Source: Carpediemonas membranifera BICM | Taxonomy: Eukaryota; Protista; Fornicata | Assembly (NCBI GenBank): GCA_019828565.1 | Contig: JAHDYR010000024.1 | Coordinates: forward strand, 342,834 to 406,833 | Reading direction: 5' to 3' | DNA length: 64,000 nucleotides | Shown here: positions 33,884 through 45,924 of the stretch, one piece after another | Layout: each line of letters starts with the position of its first letter | Position numbering within the stretch: the first letter of the stretch is position 1 | Translations under genes and position numbers: made by a program | Notes under the pieces: generated by a model | What the model was told of the DNA's origin: nothing | Databases searched by the model: none | The model's input: the letters and a program-made list of their open reading frames with translations, nothing else

Positions 33884-34441
33884 AAGCTGGTTGACACTGA
33901 GCCCGACCTGCTTGACAGCCTCCGAGAAGGTGCTCGGCGCTACATGAGACAGTGCGGATGAGGCCTTGGAGAATACTATCCAGGCAGCGAGCTCTTCGGG
34001 AAGCTGAAGAGCTCGCTCACTGATGTCAATATCGCGGGCGGAAATAGCTGTCATGCCCGTGTGGCTGATGATAAGAGCCAGCGCATTGTAGGGGAAGACT
34101 AGTCGGACAATAGCTTCCGATGCGACAGGCTCAAACTGCCCAAGCGGCTTGACATTGTCTCTGCCGGAGTTTCGGAATGAGTTGACGGCACTGAGAGTGA
34201 CAGCAGCGGTTGCCTTGTTCAATGATGCAGCAAAACCGGGCACAAGCGATCTAACCTCCTCGGATCGGATCACGGAGAGCGCTTCGTCCTCGGTACTCCC
34301 TCGCTCACGTTGTACGAATTGAACGAACCGCGAAAGGTTGTTTGCGGCCGCTTTCCGGGAAGATTTCTTCTTAATCTTGTTCAACCAAGCTTCTTTCATA
34401 GCTTCCATGGTTGTTTCCATCTCCTGCGGGCTTCCTTCCAT
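33884..34441 (-). pseudogene. Tyrosine-recombinase-like protein, N-terminal half, split by the inner transposon
   Basis: Core-binding-like helices (EAWL..S.K..NNLSRFVQF..AT..LSAVNSF), then ALIISHTGM(T) and NQLR at the positions of YR box I/II. Catalytic residues are not canonical. Confidence 0.45.
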
Positions 34442-35558
34442 CGATATACGGATTTCAGACTTTCGTCATGCACAAAAATTCGAATCTCTCCAAATGCCCA
34501 AAACAGTGGTCAAACCGTGTTCAGGGGTACAAAAGAGTGCCATAGGCACGTTCTTGCATTTCAAAATATTCTAGAGGTCGTTCATAAATTCTCAGATGGC
34601 CAACAGTACGAAAGTCTGAAATCCATTTATCATGAGACCCGACAAATTTGAAATCCATTTATCGGGTGGATACATCACTGTAGAGGGTATTCATGGATAT
34701 AGGTGCCTTTTCGGTGCCGAGGGGAGTCAACATTTGAGGTCGTGCAGGCAGAAAGTCTGAAATCCGTATATCTCATCACTGCTTATAGATCCTGGCAGAC
34801 AACGGCCTCTTGGCAACGCCTGAGGTGAAAGGATTCGCTTGCCTCTGTGTTGTCGCATCAGCTTCGCTGAAAACGGGGGAACTGACCCGCGCATTCGCGC
34901 ACTTTATGCTCGCAACGAGATTGAAATGGCGAACTTAAGAATAGAAAGAATACTGGCGGCTTTAACGTAGTAGGCATGTGCACAACATTAAGAATCATCA
35001 GTAAGCGGGCGCAGAGCATCATTAAAGCAACAATAATCCCTAAACAACATCAAGTACCATAAGTCCACCACGTCCATACGATATGAACTATAAATGGAGC
35101 ATAGATCAGTACAGATGATTTGAAAGTACCAGGCATGGCCAGAATACCGCAATTATCGTCCGTTGATCCACGTGACCTCCATCTTGGTCGGTATCCAGAG
35201 AACCTCCGTCAGACGCTTGCAACGGAACATTTAGGGGGAGCATCCTGAATGGGGCCAGATTTGAGGGACCCTTGGTCTGACATGCCATGACCGAGTACTC
35301 TAGGGGCCTCCACAGTGCGTCCCGAGGTACGTTATAGCACCACAGACCTTCCCCCAAAAGCTGACTCCTGGACCCCTTGGCCGGAGCTCGCCGAAACGTG
35401 AAAATCGGCGATGATTTCTCCGTATAACTTCATAGGGGGTTATATGGGGCTCGTTTTAGCCGCAGATAACGTCTCTTGGCCATATTAAATTTGCGAAAGG
35501 CCCCGGCTCGCTGGCCGGACGATTTAATCAGCATCGGCGAGAATGGACGTGTGGGTAG

Positions 35559-38500
35559 TGTGGTGTGACTCAGGTCACAACAGGTATTATCCTGCACATT
35601 TGGTGCAGGATATGGCAGTATTCTCTCTAAAGTCTTTATTGGTTCCCTTGTGTCCAGGACTGACCACAATGATATCATTTCTTCCGGAGGAGATGAGCTC
35701 AACGGTCCTGGCGCAGGAGAATCAATATAAGCAACATCAATTGACATTTTCACCAGAACCAATTTCTTCCGTTAGCGCAATGCAAATGTCTCCGCGGTGT
35801 CGACAGTTCAACTGAAATTCGCAAGCAACAACAAGTCTAGAGCGTTTAGTTCAACAAGACCATCAACTTCCACCAATGCACTATAGCATACAAGCAAACA
35901 ACAGGCCAATACCAGTAACCAAGCTTCAATAAGCTCCAACAAACGATACAGCACCGCAATACCAGCTCTGGAGCGCCAATCAAGCTCCTTCAGGACAATC
36001 GACCGAGACCAGCAACGAGACCAGTGGCCAGGCCAAGCACAAGCCGATACAGTGCAGATAGCACCAGGAATAAGCACCACCAAAGCCGCCAAAAGGCAAA
36101 ACAAACCGAAACCACGCCGAGGAGCCAGCCACTTCCACGTCCAGCCAAATCGAACACCCCGAGACAGTGCGAGAAGAAGCCAAGAAGGGGCAGTGACCCC
36201 AGTAGACTCACTGACAGACCCACGCACGACTTTGACCAACGTAGACCTCCAGAATCATCGTCCCCAACCATCATCCAGAGCTACCTAGAGAGTAGCAGCT
36301 TGGCCACATGCGCCCAGAGCAAGTCATACATCATTCGGGTCATCCAGCAGACCATGAGCAAGCGTGGCACAGGGCCAATGGCCCAAGCCAGACAGGCAAC
36401 TACCATCATCGACGATGAAAAACCGAAAGAGGTAACGACCCATCTGGGGACACCAAGCTCGGTTCCTACAGTCGTGGGAGCGATCCACACTATTTATATG
36501 TCTACATGAGGCCATGTATACCTTCCTAACAAATGCTCAGCAGAGCATGTGGAGCACGTAACTGCTAGCAGTGGGTCCTAGACGGCCAGTTATATCCTTC
36601 TATCCACACAGTGCTGAAACAGCACCCGTATTGAGCAGCTTCAAGGTTTGCTCTCCAGTTATCCCCGAACATGTGCGAACTCGCCAGCTTGCAGGTCCCT
36701 TCCACGTACAGCAACACGGCATGAACCAATAGAGCTAGCACGCCACCGTCTCCGCAATTCCCTGTCAGGGGCAACCAGCGTCATAGAGCAACGATAAGCT
36801 CGACCGCTGCTCATCCACATCCTCAGTACGCGACAGCCTGGGCAGACACCCCATCTGCTGTCAACTGTATCGCGCTTGCCATCGTTCACCCCATGGCGCG
36901 AGCATCTCCATTTGAGCAACAATGGCTCGCACTTTTGTCAAGGCTAGCTGTGCTACCCGCCAAACTCAGGTAAGGTAATTACTTAGCTTCCACTTATCAT
37001 GACCGGCATCCTTGCTTGAAGTCAATTTAGTAGACACGAGACCAACAGTCATCAGACAACAACGCGGCGACAACACAAAGTGCTTCAGAGCCGCGGAGGG
37101 GCAGCGTTACCGCGCATAGCAGCTCTTCAACGAGTTTAGATAGTAGTTTCACGGGTCCCTTCCTCTGTGAGACTTGTACCGAAACCACGACCAGTCTAGT
37201 ATGGTCGTATTATCACCTCATCCCGTGACGAGCAACTCACGGGTATCGCGAGCATGTTGCAGCTCGAACACATGTCGGCCCGTCCTCCAGCGATGCGCCC
37301 ATCCTCTCAGTACAACACCTTCAGGCCAATAGAGGCGAGCAGCCTCTGGCACCCTAACACTTAGTCATCAATGGTACCTTCGGGCAGACCCGGAGATCAT
37401 CCGTCATGTCATGCTGCAGAATACTCATATCGTATCTAACTCATGTCGTCACGTCGCCACATGATATCTCTACTAGGAGACAGAGCTATGGAGGAGGCTG
37501 ATAACCTTCTTGACGAGCGGTAGACCCAGCAGTCACCCTCGAAGACGTCCGCAGTATCAACACTAAGCCAGATAAGCCCTCTCGTACTAACATACGAGGC
37601 CAATACCAGGACTAAAAGTCCACCCACGGTGCGTGTTCGCACCGGTTACCCATAAGTCTCCGCCACAGGAGGGCGGATACACCTTCGACGCCTGCTGACT
37701 AGCAGTGGAACTAAGAGCTTGGCAGCGCCTTGCCTCACGAACTTAACCTTCCTTTCACATCTGTGGGATCTTCAGGCACCACCCAGTCGGGGTGACAGTG
37801 CCCTACAGCCTCTTCAATCAACCTTGCATGTTACTCGGTGTCACAGGACACTCGAGAGAGGTCGTAATGACTCTCATTCGCGCCAGCGAGAGACGAACCA
37901 AGCGCGTTTAGCACAATACTTGCGACCCGTCAGGTCAGCCAGCAACTAGAGACTCAGCCAGATGGAGGGTAGTGTCGATGCATCTCAACCCGTGGTTCAC
38001 CCACTTCCTAGAGTCTCCACTTATCGTGGATTGTATCGTCGTTTACACTAAGCAAACGTTGCAGAGTTTCCGTATGCCCCTGAGACAGGTCTGTCTCCCG
38101 AGCACTCTGCTACCCATGTCCCGGACACTAGACAGCCAGCCTAGGTCGACAGTCATCAGCGGATGACCTAATCAACCGCGTATACTTATGCTACGTAGGA
38201 GCCGTGCCCGCGAGCAAGGGTTAGCCCAAGCAGTACACACCCGATGTTTAACCATCCGCCTCGGCCGAGCGAGTGAGTCCACCCGCAAGTACGAGAGACA
38301 TCCCCAGCCGCCTGAGCAATGTCCAGCTACCGTCAATTGACAGCATCATGTAGTGATGCGACACACGATCGAGTGGCCAATGAGTCGTCGCTCATCTCGA
38401 AGCGGACAGTTCTAGTGCCGAATAGCCGTCACAGCAGTCAAGCCTTCGCAATGTCAGCCAGGCTTGTGACATAAGCTGTGCAGACAGTCATCTACTAGTG

Positions 38501-40468
38501 CAAGAAGCACTTCATAGTATCCTGAGTCAAGCGTACTCAGCCTAACACCCAACCTGTACCGGAAGGTAGGTTACCCATGTTCAGTCAGCACCGGTGCGCT
38601 TTAACGTTACATGTACATTTATAACTCGTCGAAACTACGTTCGTAGTTCATCCAATCGGTCTCACCAGGAGGTTAATCCTCGGTGGAGACGGCCAGTGAG
38701 CTGTGTCGAACAACGGAGCATCTTGCATGCTCTGAGTAGGCGCAGAGGCCAGGTAGGTTTTGTATAGCACATGAGTGTCTACAAGCCTTTGAGCTGTCGT
38801 TCGACATCTCTATTTTGCACCGCCTTGGCAGTTAGCCAGTATAGGGGTGTCGCTTACTTACATAGGGATCCCAACAACTTGATATATATCGCGATCCAGA
38901 CCAGTAGGTCTGTGGACGGGTGGTAGTGGTCAGCTGAGCGTTGATCCACGGTGCGGTGAGTCTGAGGGAGTGCACGCCCGACGACAACACGGCTGTGTGT
39001 GACACCTTGGGACCGCCATCTAAGGTTCGGGTAATGGATGCTTTGCCGACGGGCTCTGCACACCTGAGCGTCCGGAAAGGCCATGTGGCAAGTACGGTTG
39101 TTACGGAGCATGTTCTGAGTCAGCTAGCGAGCATGTATGCTCCTAGCACACGAGTGTCGTTCAACACTCTTCTATTAAGCTATCAGGTCTGAGCCAGGCC
39201 GATTAACGGCGCTCGCTGACAGCGATTAGTCATGATTACACACCAGCGAGTTAGAGCTGAGCCCAGTCGGGTGCTCATCGCTGTGCTGTTGTCTTGAATG
39301 GTTGTGAGCCTAGGCCATCGTTCGATAGGTAAGCCCGACTCATTCATAAGCCGGAATACACGGCAGGCAGTCTATGATAGACTATGATGGAACATGAGCC
39401 GCAACGAGTCAGTGGGCCAGGGTTGAAACCCGCAGTCCGACACGTCATCCCGGAGATCGGTTGTGTTCGGAGCAGTACCGTCGTTTGAATGGTATATGTC
39501 CAAATGGTGGACGGGTTAGACCGGCCCCAAGACCACAGTTGGAGGCGATGGGGTGGCCAAGCTTACGGTTAGAGGCTTGACCGATGAGACCCTGCATCGA
39601 GGACCGAGTTGTCCTATAGATGAGTGTCAGTAATAGAGTAGCCTGCTACCTTAAGCTTTTGCTTAAGTGTGGTTGGATACGTCCCAAGAGACAGTCCCTT
39701 TTCAAAGACGTACAGCGTCATGCCATACGTGGCTATTATAGAGCCGTCAGAACAAACGCGCCTGACCAGTCTTTCGACAGGTTTGGTCGCTTCGTCTGGA
39801 CCTTGAGCCCGACACGAAATGTTGCGCATGCACAGCGCAGTCATCTGTCGCCACAAATCGAACTAGTGTGGCTTTCTCCGGCTTCACCTTTACGTGAGCG
39901 CCGGGTGGTTCTCTTCCCAAACCCCTTTGAGCGCTTCCAGACAGCTCAGATTTTTACTCAGCAATGACCTTTTTTTCTTCCGGTTTCGGGGGTTTTTTAG
40001 TCTTCACCAGGTGGTTTCTCTTTCTGATTCGATCAGTTTCTTCGCCGCCGCAGCAACTTCCCAATCATTGCCTACATGTGTTACGGCCGTCACTTAGACG
40101 ACCGTGGAGGGGCAGTAACATCTACAACCCAGCCACCACATCAGTTCCTTCATCGCAGCAAGTACATCGGACAGCTTAGAGCCGAACGGTCGGCCGTGCG
40201 GTCCACATGTGGTGTCGGAATATCTTTTTGATATCTCAAAACATTATGACATCGAGCAACGACAGGTTCCGTCACATGTCGCGTCACCAGACGCAACAGC
40301 TCACCTTACATACTTTTGTCAAGGCTCATCTCTATCAAGATGACCCTTGGAGGGGCAGTGTGGTGTGACTCAGGTCACAACAGGTATTATCCTGCACATT
40401 TGGTGCAGGATATGGCAGTATTCTCTCTAAAGTCTTTATTGGTTCCCTTGTGTCCAGGACTGACCACA
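35559..40468 (+). mobile_element. Non-autonomous LTR element (LARD-like), copy B, 4,910 bp
   Basis: Identical 110-bp TGTGG..CCACA LTRs at 35559-35668 and 40359-40468, 4-bp TSD GTAG (35555-35558 and 40469-40472), PPT ggaggggcag. No ORF longer than 161 aa. Confidence 0.93.
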
Positions 40469-40581
40469 GTAGGGCTAGGGGTGTGATGACGGCTGGTGGT
40501 AGTCACGGTGTGAGTGCTTACAAGCCGCAGGCGATATACATAAACTTTTAGTAACCATTTAACGTCTCTTGGCGATATACG

Positions 40582-42300
40582 ATGCTAGACTTGTTCACTT
40601 GGCTGGAAGAAGCCACTGAGTTCGAGAAGAAGGAGCTAATGACCAAGATCAATGCAGCTGCAAGCGCTAAAGGCAAATGCGACGTCCTTCGCGCGCTTTT
40701 GCTGCCTAGGCGCGATTTACTCGCTACTGTGATCAAGGAACGTACGTTACTGAGCGAAATTGTTTACACAGGTGTTAATCTCAAGCGTATTGCCACGTTC
40801 TTCCGCCTCACGCGCCAGGAGACAGAAGATATGAAGAAGGACCTTAAGGCGCAGTTTATGGCGACGATGAAATTGAATGAGGGTGAAAGGGTCACAGGGG
40901 AACACAAGAAAACACTGAAGCAGGTCCTCGGCGGGGATACCTTCACGCACCTGTACGACGGCGAGGTGGAGAGCGCGCGTATTCGGGTGAAGAAGAGCAT
41001 TCGTGAGGCTAGAATGAAGACAAACGCTAGGCTTGAGTGTGAACTCGCGAAGGAGGAGGACGAGGACATCAGGGATTGTACTCGGGTTCAGATGATGAAG
41101 CTGGCCGATGAGGAAGACCGAAAGGAGTTGGAAAAGGAGATGGAATACACGCGCGAGTCCAAGTATGACGTGGTATGGGAGCGAGTGTACGATGAGATCT
41201 GCGGTACTCGTCGTGTGCGGGCCCGCAGGGATAACGCCCCCTGTCCCGGCGAGGATCACGCCGACCACGTGCTTCAGCGCTATCTCTGGGCCGACCAGAT
41301 CGATACTCAGGCGCTTACTGGCGAGAAGACGTTGACCACGAGACTCCCTGCTGAAGCTCGAGTCGTACGTCGCGTGACAGCCAGTCTGATCTCTGCTCAG
41401 AAGACGGAGATCCAATCTCTCAAGGAGCAGGTCGAGCGGCTGAAGAAGCAGGTGACTGACGAGAGAAGAGACCACTTTCTTGAGTGCAGGCGTATCCATC
41501 ATGAGCATGACGTTGGGTACCTTGCTTCCTGCGATGTTTCGTTCGCCGCCAGCCCCATGCCGCCACAGTCTGGCACGCTCTCCAGGACTTCCTGCCCCCG
41601 ACGCGCTACGAACGAGCCCGAGGCCTCCATGTCTGTGAAGCGCAAGGCCCTCTTCATCACGCCCGAGAAGGCCAGGCCTGAGGACTCAGAGGAGGAGACA
41701 GAGGAGGAGCAGGAGGAGGCGAAGGAGAAGAGGGGTGAGGCAGAAGAGGAGACGGTGAACACATGCGACGCCTGCATCCAGACTGAGCCGGAGACTCAGA
41801 CTCGCATCACCTCTGAGGCCGCGGTGCAGACGTGCATCAACGCGGAGGCTCTCACGGCTGGCTGTACCGCGATTCATGTCAAGAGTGACGGCAACTGCGT
41901 TGCATATTGTCTCCAAGCCATTGAGTTGGGTGGCCGAGTTGATGGCGACTTCGAAAAGTGGCAGCGTGGCCTCTGCCAGTCAGTGAAGGCCAAGTACTGG
42001 TCTAAGAAGAATGTCACGGAGCGTAGTCTGAGAGATCCGGACTCCGGCTACTATAACTCGAACGCCATCCGAGTCTGGGCGAGGAAGCAGAAGCGGAACA
42101 TCCTTGTTGTCCAGTCATACGACGGATACAACGGCATGCAAGGCATCTCAGCCATCTTATACCTGTTTGATGGCACCACCATACTTGCACCTGATGCAGA
42201 CTTGTGGGGATTGACAGATAATTTCGCTATTGTCATCGAAGGCGATCCGGCTCACGCCACGCTGTACCAGAAGAAGTGCGAGGTCGTTGAGATTGAATAA
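40582..42300 (+). CDS. Coiled-coil protein with C-terminal OTU-like domain
   Basis: 572 aa. HVKSDGNCVAYCL catalytic loop and GDPAHATLY His. Confidence 0.75.
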   Translation: MLDLFTWLEEATEFEKKELMTKINAAASAKGKCDVLRALLLPRRDLLATVIKERTLLSEIVYTGVNLKRIATFFRLTRQETEDMKKDLKAQFMATMKLNEGERVTGEHKKTLKQVLGGDTFTHLYDGEVESARIRVKKSIREARMKTNARLECELAKEEDEDIRDCTRVQMMKLADEEDRKELEKEMEYTRESKYDVVWERVYDEICGTRRVRARRDNAPCPGEDHADHVLQRYLWADQIDTQALTGEKTLTTRLPAEARVVRRVTASLISAQKTEIQSLKEQVERLKKQVTDERRDHFLECRRIHHEHDVGYLASCDVSFAASPMPPQSGTLSRTSCPRRATNEPEASMSVKRKALFITPEKARPEDSEEETEEEQEEAKEKRGEAEEETVNTCDACIQTEPETQTRITSEAAVQTCINAEALTAGCTAIHVKSDGNCVAYCLQAIELGGRVDGDFEKWQRGLCQSVKAKYWSKKNVTERSLRDPDSGYYNSNAIRVWARKQKRNILVVQSYDGYNGMQGISAILYLFDGTTILAPDADLWGLTDNFAIVIEGDPAHATLYQKKCEVVEIE

Positions 42301-42465
42301 AGATTTGGATATGCCTTTGTAGTGCGTTCGACTGTGTACGTTTAGGAGAAGGCTGAGACGGAGAAGAAGGAGGACAAGGAGGTGGAGACAGAGGAGAAGA
42401 AGGGTAAGTAGGCAGACGAGGAGGAGCCTGACACGGTGGTGCGTGGGCCGGAAGATGACGACAAT

Positions 42466-43055
42466 ATGTCAGTCGTGTCGATCAGTGACAACGAGCATGA
42501 GCTGGTCTTCGACGTACAAACCGCGATCGACAGGATCCTGACCTGCCCTGCCAAGGAGATTCACCGTGACGGAGCCTGCATCGCTCATTCGCTCAACGAC
42601 ATTAAGCACGGCCAAGTACTGGGTAAGAATCGAATCAAACATTTCAAAAAAATCATCTGAGAGAACACACCGAGGAATCCATGGCCAAAAAGGCCGAGGG
42701 CCAGGTCAGGGGCACATGGTGGGACCCTTCCGAGCTGTTCAACGGCCAGGGCTGGCTGACAAGCACTGCTATCTCGGCTTGGACGCATCTTGAGAAGGAG
42801 AAGGTCATGGTCCTGCAGCGCAGAGAAGAGGAAGATGGTCGCATAGTCAACTCAGCGACTGTTTACGACAACGGAAGGGTCTACCCTCAGGATTTCAGAA
42901 GTCTGACTCAACTCAGTGATGCCATCAGGGAGACGGGCCACGAGAAGGTCATTGTCATTACGGGTAATCATGCCACGGTGTATCTCGTGGCGGAGCTTCT
43001 GTCAGATGGCACTGGTGAAGAGAGTGTGCCGAAGACAAGGAAGGGGAGGAAGTAA
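42466..43055 (+). pseudogene. Second OTU-like gene (frameshift in A7 run near 42650)
   Basis: IHRDGACIAHSL in one frame and GWL..AI..W..ITGNHATVY in the next. Confidence 0.6.
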
Positions 43056-43139
43056 ATGGTTTGATGTGTTCGGCTGTCTTTCATCTGTGAAATGAGAACA
43101 GGCGTGAGTGTCATGGACACAGATGGCCCGGACAGCGTT

Positions 43140-45778
43140 GCCTCCGTCTTGGCATTTGTTGAGGACAACACAGCTGTAAACGACAATAAGATGAAACAGA
43201 AGTAGCAAGCAATGTTTAATAACGTATGAACAGTCCTTTTGATGTTGTTTAGTGATTTTTGTGCATTAACGACCGAGAACAGTGGAGTGCAACGCAGATG
43301 TTGGTTATTGATGGTAGATGGCGCGCTTTTGACGACAGCTGGTTGCTTTTGCAGTATAAAGAACCGCATAGCTGCCACTAGTTCCTTCCAATAATGCTTT
43401 CCCGCCATTTTGAGGTTGGAATGAAATTCCAAGCACCGTGCACTTTATGTAATTGCCCAATATCAACGCCACCCCCGCCCCCAGCGCCTCCACGCCCCAC
43501 GCCAACGCCACCTCCGCCCCCTGGCGCTCAGTTCAGGAGATGTCCGGTCGATAAGCCATAAACTGCACGGATCCACAAACGTGGATTGGCCTGAACGACA
43601 GCGCTGAGGCCCAGACATGCACATATACATTCATTTATTCCTGTCTCGCTCTCTTGCCTGTCTGATCGCGACGTTTGACCCACTCAAATGCCTCATCTGT
43701 GAGGTAGACAGAGACGTCGCGAGTATTCCCAGTCCTAACCTTCCGAATCAACGTTCGGCAAGGATCTTTGGGTGTCGTCGTTGAGGTACGACGGCAAGCC
43801 CACTCTGAGGTCTCGCATGAGCCCCCGCACACGATGCAACGTCCTGACAGGACAAGCGGGGGGTCATGCGTTCTGGCCATAGCTAGCTGGTCCACCTGGC
43901 TAGCAGTCAGTGTGCGGGACATGAGCGTACCGCGCGTCTTGCCCGTGTCTTCGGGCCTGGGCCTCGGCTCATCCAGGTCTCCGACGTCCGAAGTCGTCAT
44001 CGTTGCCTGCTCCAAAGTGGTGGGCTCCGGCTGAGACCTGACACCTGGCAGCCTGAGCATGGTCTTACGGCCGCCGCTACGCAGCCTCTCAATCTCATCC
44101 TCAAGAATGCTGACCTTCTTCGTCAGAGCATGATGTTCACTTGTCGCAACGAGCGACACTGGCGACTTAAGCAGCGCGATGAACGCCCTGACGTTATCGT
44201 GCAATGGAACCGAGAAGGCCTGGGCCAAGCTCTCGACCAGCTCCAGGACCTTGGGCAGGGTGTCGGGCTCAAGCTCATTGTGAGCTGCGCGGTTCCGGTA
44301 CTCAACGAGATCACGAATGATCTTGGCATGGGCTTTGTTGTACGCCGCTCGATTGGACATCTCACGAAGGATTCTTGATGAATCCACGTCCTGTTCGAGC
44401 TCTTTGCCGAGGAGGTCCTTCTCGGTGCTATTGGGCTTGCACCCGGGGTTAAATGCAGGCGAGGCCAAGATCTTCCGCATCCAAGGGACCATCATGGCGA
44501 GCAGCTGAAGAACTCGCGCATTATCGCCAAGGATGCGGAGCTGCTCATCGTTCCATGGTGAAATGAACAGGTGATGATCTTGTCGAGCGGATGATTGCCC
44601 TTTGAGAGGTGCTTGGCGATGCTTAGCGCGATATCGGTCCATCCACAACTGTGGATGACGAGCAATTTAAGGTAGGTGCCGCATCAGTCAATAACCCCGT
44701 GCTATCGTGCAATAGAACACAGTTAACACTGCTTTCCATGCGCAGCAACACAGCCTGTGGCGGAGAGACGCCCGGTATGGACGACACCAGGTGATCCACA
44801 AACGTGGATTGGCCAATTACGTCGGCCCCTCCCATCCCGCATCCCTCAGGATACGCAAGCACAAGCTCTCTCCCTGCAGCACCTCTCTGGCGCTCTCTAA
44901 AAATCGTCGTATAGCGTAAACAGAATGTGCCGCATCAGTCATTCGTTCATTTTATTCCACTTATCACTCTTGGTCATCCTCCTCATCACTCACCTCCTCG
45001 CGGATACTGACATCATCACGAGCCTCGTCATCCGCGAGTGTCAATGGCTCTGTAATAGCGCGGGCAGCGTTGGTATACTCACCGTTGAACTGTCGCTGGC
45101 CTCTCTGAATGCGAGGAAAGCAATTCACGCACACCGGAACACGACGAGAAGGACGCTTCAACATGTCAGTTCCAGCCTCCGTCTTGGCATTTGTTGAGGA
45201 CAACACAGCTGTAAACGACAATAAGATGAAACAGAAGTAGCAAGCAATGTTTAATAACGTATGAACAGTCCTTTTGATGTTGTTTAGTGATTTTGTGCAT
45301 TAACGACCGAGAACAGTGGAGTGCAACGCAGATGTTGGTTATTGATGGTAGATGGCGCGCTTTTGACGACAGCTGGTTGCTTTTGCAGTATAAAGAACCG
45401 CATAGCTGCCACTAGTTCCTTCCAATAATGCTTTCCCGCCATTTTGAGGTTGGAATGAAATTCCAAGCACCGTGCACTTTATGTAATTGCCCAATATCAA
45501 CGCCACCCCCGCCCCCAGCGCCTCCACGCCCCACGCCAACGCCACCTCCGCCCCCCTGGCGCTCAGTTCAGGAGATGTCCGGTCGATAAGCCATAAACTG
45601 CACGGATCCACAAACGTGGATTGGCCTGAACGACAGCGCTGAGGCCCAAACAGGTGGTGAGACATTAAAAAGACTCATTTGCAATCCATTTACTCAGTCC
45701 TCACCCTCTTACCACTTGTCTCGATCTCTGAATCATCCTCTATTGTGTTGTCCGCATGCTTCTGCTTTTCGGGCGACT
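43140..45778 (-). repeat. Inverted composite duplication: tail of 310-aa gene, R, PHD 3' end plus HEPN gene, R
   Basis: About 43240-45175 is the reverse complement of 3096-5030. 45649-45778 matches the end of the 1.8-kb tandem unit. R copies at 43140-43613 and 45175-45648. Confidence 0.9.
43635..44648 (-). CDS. Swt1-like HEPN-domain protein (copy 2)
   Basis: Differs from 3622-4635 at two residues visible in the ORF track (SPEF/SPAF, QPVP/QPEP). Confidence 0.65.
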   Translation of the reverse strand: MWMDRYRAKHRQAPLKGQSSARQDHHLFISPWNDEQLRILGDNARVLQLLAMMVPWMRKILASPAFNPGCKPNSTEKDLLGKELEQDVDSSRILREMSNRAAYNKAHAKIIRDLVEYRNRAAHNELEPDTLPKVLELVESLAQAFSVPLHDNVRAFIALLKSPVSLVATSEHHALTKKVSILEDEIERLRSGGRKTMLRLPGVRSQPEPTTLEQATMTTSDVGDLDEPRPRPEDTGKTRGTLMSRTLTASQVDQLAMARTHDPPLVLSGRCIVCGGSCETSEWACRRTSTTTPKDPCRTLIRKVRTGNTRDVSVYLTDEAFEWVKRRDQTGKRARQE

Positions 45779-45924
45779 CTACATGAGTCACCCTTGCAGT
45801 GGACGTGGTTGTGGAGCACCCCCAGTGTCTCCACGTCCGCCACCAGCGCCAGATCCGCCACCATGCCCTACATCAGCACATTTGTGTATTTACTTTGTAA
45901 ATTTGTCCTATTGCTATTGAAGCA

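Noticed and set aside
35551-35560. CACTA-like terminus on the minus strand
   Set aside because: It is formed by the GTAG TSD plus the LTR's TG, and there is no partner TIR.
35668-35680. tRNA-iMet PBS (TGGTATCAGAGC)
   Set aside because: The sequence is tgatatcatttc. It lacks TGG and diverges after 8 nt, and is better explained as the palindrome.
15837-40468. The 4.9-kb inverted repeats as giant TIRs of a Polinton/virus-like element
   Set aside because: Each copy has its own LTR pair and TSD. No polB, capsid or packaging ATPase is visible.
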